A stretch of DNA of 63,739 nucleotides, the filler included, from Hausera hauseri (Eukaryota): NCBI GenBank assembly GCA_046269625.1. It is 10 parts of 10 records of this genome, joined end to end, with 100 filler letters (N's around TTAATTAATTAA, not from the genome) between each part and the next. Parts side by side here need not be neighbours in the genome. Positions count along the whole stretch, not along the records: positions 34,769 to 38,994 come from JBJURY010689549.1; positions 39,095 to 45,323 come from JBJURY010122429.1; positions 45,424 to 50,184 come from JBJURY010446246.1; 7 more parts are not named here. One strand, given 5' to 3'. Positions 35,732 to 46,539 of the stretch are shown here, piece by piece. Within the stretch, counting starts at the first letter, position 1, and the number at the start of each line of letters is the position of its first letter. The translations under genes and the position numbers were made by a program. The notes beneath the pieces are model-generated. The model saw nothing but the letters and a program-made list of their open reading frames with translations. It made no database searches and had not been told where the DNA came from.

Positions 35732-37680
35732 CTGCGAGAAAGAAGAATAAAATCGACTTTAATTTAACTACTGGTACATCATTATTGAACATCGGAATCC
35801 ATTTCACAAGTCATCCAACTTTTGGTGCACAAAATACATAACACCGACAAGGGTCTGTCTACGTGCTTTTTATCTTATGAATTTTAACCACTGAAATATA
35901 ACTCGGGCAGCAGTTTTTCAGATTACCTTTTATTCCGATTTGCCATTGCCAAAAAGTCTTTAGTGTGGGGAAATTATTCACAGGAATCAAAGAATGTAAC
36001 GTCTGTCTACAATTAGATATGCAGTTCGGTTGCATCTACATTCTTGTTTATTAATTTCCGGGAAAAAAACGGAGTGTCGTCAACGCAGTTTGACATGTAT
36101 TTTGAACCATCGTCACTTTTATTATCCCAAGTCAATTTGTTTACTGTGTATTGCGTCTTCTGTATAAAAATAGACAGGGAAATTATCAAAAGCGATCCAC
36201 CGTGGACTTGCTCAACAGTGAAACTAATAAATGGGAAAAACTGATAATTAATGTTAACAAAAACCAAAGATGAACTTGGATTTAAATACATTTCAAGATA
36301 CGTTTGCCATCAGAGTTAATGAAAAGGGATATATACATTATATATAACGGGCTCTTTTTGAAAACTGACGAAATCTTACACCCCAAATCTGTTGTAGGTA
36401 CATTTTACATACCCCCACCCATTCGTGGTTGTACAATAAACATACACAGTTGGAAACGACATTGTGGAATCCTTAGCACAATAGCCCGCCACGGATAAAA
36501 ATAGGTCACCGAGACTCGTGTATTCCGATCCTTATACGCTATCTTGGGTAGCGGGGTTAAACAAAACGCTCAGATTTGTCAGTAAGTTCAAGCAATTTAA
36601 GTAGTCTTCGCGCTAAAGAGATGAAGTTGTTAATTGAAGTCCTATAGGGCGTTACATCATGATGTTAAATAGAAACACATATGCGCCAATCAGCATGTTA
36701 AAAAAATAGGTTTAGTCCATTCACTTTTAGCGGCTGGCGTTATGCTGACAACATAACCGAATCATGCGCCGGTGTCGAGGAGAAATGTGGACATTAACTC
36801 TACATTTCCCTATACGCCTGTCTTTAGGCTTTAAATAGACTTTACTTTCTTCACTCTTAAAGGCTTGAGTATAGGTAACGTTGAATTTATGTCCCCATGT
36901 TTCATTGACACCTGTACATGATTCGGTTATGTTGTCAGCACAATGCCAGGCCCACTTCACGTTCACATATAATTTATCTAGTACCCATGTTTGAGGTTGA
37001 GTGAGCGCTGGGTTTGTTTTGGTCGTAAAAATCGAACCCGTCACAGCCCGGATAAAATCCACGACCATGCGATCTGCCTGCGACTACTCGACAGTAGAAG
37101 AAAACTAACTCTGTGGCGCTGGTATTCAGTAAGACATTGGACGCCATGCTCAAGAGAGATGGATCATTTAAACGAAAACAAATCTTTCCCCCGTAAAGCT
37201 TCAGGTGGTCACATGTTAAGCAAAACGCACTCAACATATCACACAACAACACCACCATTTTGCACAACCGAGAATCAAAGTAAATAATAATAAAATATTT
37301 CCAAACGACGTGCAATAAAACTTGGGTGAGAATTTCAAAGCTTAGAATATTCAAGAACTTCCTCTCACACCTGTTTACTTCATTCACATGTCGGATTTGG
37401 TGGGACAAGGGAGTATCTCTTCATTATTTCATTATTATTTTTTCTTGTTTAGTTTAACTGTAATCTCTTTTTATTTTAATTTGTTTTATTGTATTCTTTC
37501 ATTTATTGTTTTCTAGTTTATAGCTATTTCATCTATATTTTTGTAATAGTTAATTTCCTGGTTATTATTATTATTTTTAGTATTATTATTCTTCCTTTTA
37601 GTATTTTTCCTTCACTTTGATATCTTCCTGGATCCGCTAAATTCGACTGTGTTAGTTTGTGTTACTTCTGTGTATTGTAT

Positions 37681-37711
37681 CTGAGGAAGACTTATAGTCG
37701 AAACGTCGTCT
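37681..37711 (+). ncRNA. Hammerhead ribozyme-like core (Penelope-type minimal motif)
   Basis: CTGAGGA-a-GAC-ttata-GTC-GAAAC-gtc-GTC: both conserved boxes, stem II and a GUC site. Stem I pairing is weak. Confidence 0.45.
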
Positions 37712-39094
37712 CGTCTTTTTATGTATATTTTCATCTCTCCTTCCTAGGTAAGACATTTACTAACCTTTTTTGTTTTTGTACACTCATTCTCCAATCTTCG
37801 TTACTGATCGTAGCTCGTTGGTACTATAGCGATGACTGCGGTTTGTACGTTCAAAGGCCTAATTTGCTGCCTCGAATGCAAACGTTCGTGGGATTCTAAA
37901 GCGTCCGCTGAACTTCCAAGAAAGCGTGATTATGACTGCTTCAATTAAACACGTCCAGCAGCTTCTACCCATCTTGGGATCGACGGTTTCCACTGCTCAC
38001 GATGGTAACCGTCCTGCTTCTCAGGACAACATGGTTCTGCTGCTCCTCTCAACGGGCAACGAAGGAATACTTCTTGCTCTAATGTCTTCTCTGGAAAAAC
38101 TTGTCGTCACTTATCAACCGCTAAGATGTTTCTTCGTCTCGTGTTCTCTCCGGTGCTGACATTTCTTAGTTGCACACCTCGTTGACACGTTCCTTAATCT
38201 TCCATTTATGACTGCGCTCACTATCTCGCAACCTGTATGTGTGTTGGTATATATGTCCTATCTTCCCTTTCTATCTTAATCTACGCGTTCATCCTAAACT
38301 CCCGTGATGGTATTACTACACTCAGAAGCGTATCGGGGAATGTGGAATTGGTATTCACATTTTTCTTGGCCAGTTACAGAGTGTATATTATGTGATCAGT
38401 ACAACAAAAAAGCAGATATTACTTCACCAAAGAATTTCTCTGATACCCAGTTTTTGATTATGCGGTGACTCGAATCGCTTTCGTTCCGAAAAATTCGACT
38501 CAGAAAAGAATGCGGAAATGTGAAGATTGCGTCTACATTTCTTCTTGGTGAACGTTACAAAATGGGATTACGTGGTAAGTATAGCGAAAAGCAGACTTTG
38601 CGTCATCAAAGAATTTGTCTGGTATCCAATTTTTTATCCTGGGTGAACCCTACAACCGTGTGGGTTGGAAATAGAAGCGTGGAAGCGAACGCCGGACGGA
38701 GAATGTAGAGTTCGTATCCACATTTTCTGGGTCAACGTCAGATAACATCGAGCTGTATTTACTTCACAAAAAATTTCTCTTCTACCTAAATTTGTGATGC
38801 TAAGTTTACACGGAGCCGTTTTGATCGAAGAAATTCGACCTGCCACTGCTAGCAATCGAACCTGCGATTTTGAAATCGGCAAGTGTGTGAACCAACCACT
38901 ATACTCTGCAGATATCCTCCTGTTGATCAACTCTCTTGCGAGTTTTCTATTGTATGTGCATGGTTAGACCATTGACGATCGGGACAAAGACCGANNNNNN
39001 NNNNNNNNNNNNNNNNNNNNNNNNNNNNNNNNNNNNNNTTAATTAATTAANNNNNNNNNNNNNNNNNNNNNNNNNNNNNNNNNNNNNNNNNNNN

Positions 39095-40660
39095 TTACTA
39101 ATTCCGATGAATTTGGAGAGACAGCATTGTAAGCAAGCTAGAGAAACAGGAAGAATAAAATTGGATGGTATGGAAGTGAAAATGCAGCAAGGGAAAATAA
39201 TCAGAGTGTATAAAGTGGCAGCAGGAAAACTAGATATGCATACTCGACATTGTTGCCGTGCGGAATACGATACCGGAAAGGGACTAGAGTCAAACATCGT
39301 TGTAGTGGATTTTTACAAAACCGAAATGCGTATACAGAAAGTGATGTTTCATAGCGTTACTAAACTTTACACCGAGAACCACAAGTGCCACATTCAGGAT
39401 GGCACATGCCCGTTTCAAAGTTCCGTAGTAATTTGGGAACCCCCAGCCAAGACCGATTGCAACTTTATCAAAATTAAAGAACTTAAGTTCAACGAGACGA
39501 CAGGAAAACGATATATAACTAGCACGGAAACTAACTCTAAAACACGAGAAGATGTGGCCAAACAGTCCACACCTACTATACTAATTTCTGATACTCATGG
39601 ATTAAAATTTGTAAAGAAAGCTATGCTCAACAGATGCGACATCGTAATGTATGCCACCAACTATAAAGCATTTTTCGTAACCGAGACAGAAATAAACGCC
39701 AGAACGTTGAAACTCGAGACTCAGGACATTCGGATCGAAGACTATTTGAAGAACAGAGACGACTATTTCTACTGTAAAGGACAAGTTGGAATAGCCAAAT
39801 TATACCACAAAATGATAACAAATGACTGTAAATTCACTTGGAAATCATGATAACTAAGCTGGTCCTGATATACGCCAATCCCGAGTTGGCATCACCAGTA
39901 ATTCCGATTAAAGAGGGTGTTTTTGGACGAGTAACCGGAGAGGTCTTATTGATCTATGAAAGTGAAAAGAAAGACGTACCGATTAATGTGGAGGAGAAGA
40001 GGTGTATACAAGAACTTCCAGTGATGTATCAGGACGTACCGAGATTAGTCACACTAATTACCAGAGTGTTGTTGGCAAACGCCACTCAACCGACAATTTT
40101 GAGAGACTGCAAAACTAGCTTAGGAGAGCCGATGTTCAGATGTAGCAAGACCGACTGGTAAGTCTACCGAACGGCGGTATTATCTCACCACCTACCAAGC
40201 TGACAGGAAAAAACCTGATAAAAGGAATAACCGATGATAAATTTCAAGATACAGCCGCAAAGGGTATTTACCGACCCAAATAAGTAGAGGCGTTTATACA
40301 ATTTCTCGCTTTTCCGCGCCAACGTACATATGAATTAAACAGAGCGATGCACACAATATTGGAGGATTCGCGGTACCAGGCGAAATGGGAGTATTTACTT
40401 GGTGTTGGCTATTACAAGAAGGTAACTACAGAAATATTATACAAAATTTGGGGAAGATTCCTGATATTTGGGCAAGCCGCGTCAGGATTTTTAGCGATAT
40501 ACTTCTTAATTCAACTAGTAAAAGCTATAATTCAAGCAATCATAAATGGATACGAGATATTCACCTTGACAGGATTTTCGTGTAAAATTTTAACGGTTAT
40601 TATTACACCCTTCGGTAAATTCTTAAAGGCTTATGAAGAAAGTAAATGGAAACAGATGTG
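39095..40660 (+). pseudogene. env: Envelope-like class III fusion glycoprotein (chuvirus G / gB-like family), 5'-truncated, frameshifted
   Basis: Ordered motifs: CHIQDGTC....VIW....DC; CDIVMYATNY; EGVFGRVTGEV; RCIQELPV; ITRVL...DC....F....W; FQD.AAKGIY....L.FP; W..F..FGQAASG plus TM plus INGY. Confidence 0.8.
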
Positions 40661-41304
40661 GAGCGGCATGTTGGTTACCATAATCAAAAACGTAGAAAAC
40701 ACATATTCGATTATAGGCAAAAATTCATAGTCAGTAAGACACAAAGAAATAATTCGGATAATAACGAGCCTAAGGGAGGAGACGGCATCTCCAGGCTAAA
40801 AAGGCATAGAAATTACTCCGTTATGAAACTACCGTTACCAATACTGCTGCCAACGGCATCTATATATGAGGATTGCGAGAAAAAATCTGAGTTCGTGTCA
40901 GACAGACGTTTATCGGAAGCCTTTCAATTTAGAGGACCCTTACGAAGGAACAAAACGCTATGGGATATTGCGTATGATCCACGAAACGGAAAGGACGTCC
41001 GCCCCACCTCGTCGGTCAACAGTCGACGACCACGGCATAATTTACTCACCTAGAATACCTAAGCCAAACAAAATGCAATCGATATTTACTCGAAGCTGTG
41101 AGGCACAAAATTCCCGAAACCAAGATGTTCAGCCACCGGTTAGAAACCAAAGAGTAGAAAACACAAATGGTCCAAATAACGAACTATATCCAATTGGAGA
41201 GCTAAGACAATTAATCGATCAGCCAGTTGGAACCACTAAAGTTACCATCAACAGCTACAAAGTGTCTACGATACGACAACCCAAGATAGCACCAAGTATT
41301 ACGG

Positions 41305-41660
41305 TAGAGTAATCGAAGGCAGGCCCTTCGCAAAGATTCAATTGGAAGATTTGGAGGTTTATTCACTAATAGACACAGGATACGAAATATCACTGATAAA
41401 ATATGATTCAATACCACAATTCTTACGGAAACAATTATATCCACCTCCTACGACAGACCCAGGAAGCATTGGAGCTTTCGGACAATCCTAGAAGAGTAAA
41501 TTCCGATGGAAACCAGAAATTTACATAATGGGATAATCTTTTCGTCATGAATTCTCAGTAATGGAGCAATTAACGGATGATGTAGTGCTAGGATGCGATC
41601 TATTGAAACAACCACCTAATATAGCAATCGATTTCAATGCAGGCAAGTTGATAGAACTTG
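41305..41660 (+). pseudogene. pol: Retropepsin-type aspartic protease
   Basis: RPFAKIQLEDLEVYSLIDTGYEISLI (DTG at 41372-41380) and DVVLGCDLL. Frameshifted, so absent from the ORF track. Confidence 0.88.
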
Positions 41661-41719
41661 GCCCAAAAAAGGTGTTAAAACCATTAAAGACAAAAAATTT
41701 GGAGAAGTATGGATCCCCG

Positions 41720-44700
41720 TAGACGAGAACATACCGCCCAGAACTGAAATATTAATATACGCTCACATACGTCAGGATGACGATAAACCAGTATATTTCG
41801 AACCAAAAGAATCGCTCAATCCAAACCTCGTGCTCAACAACGTTTTGACAAGAGTATCAACGGGCCGCGTGCCAATCAGAATAGCGAATAACGCAACAAC
41901 TCCGATCAAACTGTATGCCAATACCACTTTGGGACACATGTATAGAGTATCATCCATTACCATCGAAGAGAAACCGTATAAGGGTGCCGAATTTCCACCC
42001 CACGTTGAAACTAAATTCTCACCGGAATTATACTGCCGATTCTACGAATTACTTTGTCGTTATAGTTCGATTATCGCGAAAGATGAAGAAGATATTGGCC
42101 GAGCCAAAACCTTAAGGCTTACCATCCCGCTTAAGAAGAAGTCTGGCTCCAACGACCAAATAGACTTAAAGGATCAAAAGATGCCGAAATGGTACCCTCC
42201 TCCACACTCGCTAAGGCCAGAGATAACTAAGGAAGTTGAACGAATGTTAAAGGCTGACATAATGAGACCAAGCTATAGATTTTGGTATTTACCTATCCTC
42301 ATAGTTAAGAAGAAAGGCACCGCGAAGCACCGATTCTGTATCGATTATCGAGTACTAAACACACTTATGATGAAGGACTCCTTCCCATTGCCATCGGTAA
42401 AGGAAGCTTTGGACAGACTTTCTGGAGCTAAATGGCTCACCACTCTTGACTTGCAATCCGGATATTGGCAAGTGGAGATAGAGGAGGAAGATCGTTACAA
42501 AACGGCATTTAAGACACACGATGGCATATACGAATTTAATGTCATGCCTTTTGGAATCACTACCGGATTAGCCATTTTTACGCGCATGATAAATAAGATG
42601 GTAATAAGATTGGAACACGCATTTGCCTACTTGGACGATGTTATTATTGCGTCGAAAACGAAAGAAGATCACCTAAAGGACATTGAATGTACACTCATGA
42701 GAATGGAGCAGACTGGATTGAAACTGAATCCCAAGAAATGCAAATGGGCTCAAAATGCGGTATTGTACCTTGAACATATAGTTGCAGAAGGAGGATCGAA
42801 GCCGAATAAATCATTATTGAGTAAGATATCGGATTGTATGGAACCTCAAAATCAAAAGGAATTAAGACACTGGTTGGGGCTATGTGGGTATTATGCAACC
42901 TACATATCCGATAACGCAAAGATAAACGCACCTTTACATCACATACTCAAAAAGAGATTAAATAGAAATGGACCGACATAGAACAAAAAGCTTTTGACAA
43001 AATGAAAAAGATTCTGAGTAGTGAACCTGTTCTACGGTAACCCGACTTTAACCTACCGTTCATAATTAAAACAGACTCCAGTAAGGAAGGTATCGGATAT
43101 GAACTGGCCCAGAAACGAGAAGACGAGGAGCAAGAGCACTTGATTGCATATAGAGGACGTTCTCTAAAAAAAGCTTAGAAGAACTATTCCGTAACAGAGT
43201 TGGAAACATTGGCAGTAAAAGAAGCACTGAGACATTTTAACATGTACGTCTATGGACAAAATATTATAATCGTTACTGATCATAAAGCAGTTATGACTTT
43301 GAAAGATAGAGCAAATAATCCAACATGCAGATTAAACAGATGGATAGAAGAAATTTCACGTTATAATATTGAATTCCAATACAAGTCCGGAAATAAACAT
43401 ATCGACTCCGATGCATTATCGAGACTTAAAACTAAAACAAGCGCAGTTCCTGTAATGAGGAAAGCACACCTCGAAGACTTAGTAGAAGGACAACGGACTC
43501 TCGTGCTGGATAAATCATTAAGGATTTCTTTCAAACAAAAGAAGGACGGAGTTATACAACAAATTATCGAGTTCGTTGACACCAACGTAACACCCAAGGG
43601 TCATCAGTTACGGAAACAACTACGACAATATGGTCATAAATACTGCGTCGTTGGAGATTTAAACCACAAAAACGTGTTAAACTACGAACGAAAAGGACAA
43701 AAATTGGTAGTCATACCAAAAGGATTGCGTACGGAAGTACTCATAACCGAACATGATTCATACTTAGCCGGACACATGTCGTGGAAAAAGACATTAAAAA
43801 GGATATTAAATAAGTACTATTGGCCGAGTATTTATATCGACGTAAGAAATTGGATGAACGCTTGCGAAGTATGCGCGACCAAACAAAGAAAAGTAAAAAA
43901 AGCTACATTGCCAAACTTAAACCTATCCACGTGCCAGATAGACCAATGTAAGCAATGTCTATGGATATTGTATGACCACTGCCTACAACCCACAAGAATA
44001 ACAAATACATTTTGACCTGCGTAGACCGATTGACTCACTTCGTCGAACTTGTAGCGTTATTAGACCAAAAGGCCGAGACCTTGGCAGAAGCCGTAGTTCG
44101 AAAAATCATTTGCAAATACGGGCCACCCGAACAAATTTTGACAGACCGAAGAAGAAACTTTGCGAGCGAATTATTTAACAAAATTAACAAGATTTTTAAA
44201 ATTGAACGACTAACTACCACAGCTTATCATCCCCAATGTAACGGAATGGTCGAACGAATGAACGCGACAGTTATACGAATCTTATCAACAGTAGTCGCAA
44301 AAGACCAGAAAGATTGGGATGAGTTCTTAGAAGGTATACAGTTTGCCATTAATACGACTTCACATCCTGCGACAGGATTCACTCCGTTTTTCATGATGTA
44401 TGGCAGAGAAGCTGTCCTGCCTACCGATTTAGGATTAATTCCCTACGCAACGAAAATGGAAGATCTAGAGCAGAATTTTGTTAAAGTATTACAAACGAGA
44501 TTGCATAAGTGATGGAAAATAGCCAAGGAATTATCTAAAGAATACCAGGAACAATTCAAGAAGCAATACGATAAGAAGGCTAAACCGCACGATCTGGAAC
44601 CCGGAAACTGGGTTTACGTGCACTACCTAGTGGCAAAGAAAACACATCTCTTAAACTCACACGGACAGGTAGAGGACCTTACGAAGTTACCAAAGTAACA

Positions 44701-44760
44701 CCAACCACAGTTTATATAAATAAAAACGGCAAGGAAGAGATCATATCAATTCAGAGAATA
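41720..44760 (+). pseudogene. pol: Gypsy pol: post-protease (dUTPase-like) spacer, RT, RNase H, integrase
   Basis: RFCIDYR.LN, LDLQSGYWQV, KTAF, VMPFG, AYLDDV, IIKTDSS, NYSVTELE, TDH, EHDSYLAGH...C..C, ILTD, TTAYHPQCNGMVERMN, GRGPY. Confidence 0.96.
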
Positions 44761-45285
44761 GTTAAAACGGAAATAAGACTAAATAAACGCTATAATTTGC
44801 GTTCGAATAAAGTCAGTAAGGAAAGGAAAACATCGTCAATCGTAACCAGACCTATATCATATGTACAAATAATCCTTGTCCTATCGCTAATCGTTTCTTA
44901 TGTACCCAAGGTAAAATTAATAACTAGAGCCGAAAAACTACGATACGCAATGAAAGGCAGGGATATCCAGAAAATGCAATCACTTAGAGTATACGATATG
45001 GATTGTAGAAAACCATGTGCATGGTTTGAAGCAAGCGAACCTATTCAGATCCACGTAAAATTTCAAATAATATTTGTAACCAGATCCACGATGAAAACAT
45101 GTGATTTTTCATATGGATATCACAAAAGAAGCTGTGATTTGGATTTTGGACAAGCCTACGGGTACATATTTCAAATGTTTTATTTTAATCAGTTTGGAGC
45201 TCAAGCTTATATAATTATAGAACTCGTAAGAAGAATGCCCCAACGAAAGGACGCAAACCAAACCAAGACAGACGAAATAATTTAA
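44761..45285 (+). CDS. In-frame extension of integrase with a hydrophobic segment and a Cys-containing domain
   Basis: The frame from 44641 (SLKLTRTGRGPY...) is stop-free into ORF 44797..45285, which contains YVQIILVLSLIVSYV. Confidence 0.75.
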   Translation, partial: VKTEIRLNKRYNLRSNKVSKERKTSSIVTRPISYVQIILVLSLIVSYVPKVKLITRAEKLRYAMKGRDIQKMQSLRVYDMDCRKPCAWFEASEPIQIHVKFQIIFVTRSTMKTCDFSYGYHKRSCDLDFGQAYGYIFQMFYFNQFGAQAYIIIELVRRMPQRKDANQTKTDEII

Positions 45286-45423
45286 CGCACTGACCCATTT
45301 AAAAGATTCTTAGACTATAACATNNNNNNNNNNNNNNNNNNNNNNNNNNNNNNNNNNNNNNNNNNNNTTAATTAATTAANNNNNNNNNNNNNNNNNNNNN
45401 NNNNNNNNNNNNNNNNNNNNNNN

Positions 45424-45790
45424 CTATGTGACCATGAATGTGAAGGAAATTGCAGCATATGCACAACATCTTGCGATCATCACGTATGCCAAGAAATCAT
45501 CCAACTGAAACTACCATGCACCCATACCATAAACATTATTTGCAGTGAGATGCATCAAAAATACATCTGCCAGAATAAGTGTCACAAAACCCTCTCCTGT
45601 TGACACAAATGCACTTACGAAGGCAGTGAATGTTTCGGTGGACGTCTCCATCGACCATGTACACAAAAATGTTTGAAATCCTTATTTTATTATCATCCTT
45701 GTCGACGACTATGCCATTCCGGAGCCTGCAGAGAATGTCAGCAGATTTGCTGGATGAGCGCTATCGCCAATTGCTGCAACTATCGCATCC
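45424..45790 (+). pseudogene. NF-X1-type zinc-finger array fragment (ZNFX1-like), with internal stop
   Basis: LCDHECEGNCSIC...LPCTH...CQNKCHKTLSC*HKC....ECFGGRLHRPCTQKC.....HPCRRLC...CRECQQIC. Confidence 0.7.
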
Positions 45791-46539
45791 CCGTTCCTCA
45801 AGCGTATTTGACACTGCGATTCAATGACAAACAATTTAACAAAGACGGAAATTCTTTCAATTCTTCGACAACTTCAAACAACTGGAGACCTCTCGGCATT
45901 TCCATTCATTGGATCTGTCATCGCCGACAAATTAGCTATCCGATCATTGGACATCTACAATGCAACTACAGCCATATCGGTGCATATAAGCTATTCTAAT
46001 TACACTCCTTGTATAAATTCCGCCAATGACTTAATCATATTAGTTAATATGTCACCAAGTAAAAAAACAATACAGGTGGGGAGGTCGGTCACCCTGCAAT
46101 TTGGGGCTCGCCGCGACGGGGGTGATGTCCCGGCCGTTAACCCTTTGCCGGTTGGTCAGACGGCGCCTATTGCGTCGGCCCGCAACACGCCACCAGGCAC
46201 ACTACGCCCCTCTCTATTTTCCTTTTCCTAAATAATAAACATACATACACACTAATTACATCACGTTTACATATTGCAACCCTTCTTACCTTCATTTCTT
46301 TCTTACTCAACTCTTCCGATTTCTATCTTACGCATAACGGTTCTATAATACCCTCACCGGAACCCTATCATCTTTCTCAACCCACACTTGTCTCCACATA
46401 CATTTCCGTACCCGTGGTGGCATGAACTCTTTGCAAACCATAGACACCACGAATAAAACTACCACGAAACCAAAATCTGTCATATTGCTTCAAAAACCCA
46501 TTCCTATATCTGCTAGCAACCTCCCATCCATTACCTCTT

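Larger units (their letters stand above)
39095..45323 (+). mobile_element. Internal region of a Ty3/Gypsy element ordered env-like, PR, RT, RNase H, IN, hydrophobic extension
   Basis: Co-oriented coding remnants fill the contig, with no LTR or gag between the glycoprotein and the protease. Confidence 0.92.

Noticed and set aside
38820-38900. CDFEIGKC, resembling the start of a MAM domain
   Set aside because: The motif is too short and the contig ends soon after.
41720-41940. dUTPase-like segment after the protease
   Set aside because: No catalytic dUTPase motifs are visible, and such a degenerate spacer is common in Gypsy pol.
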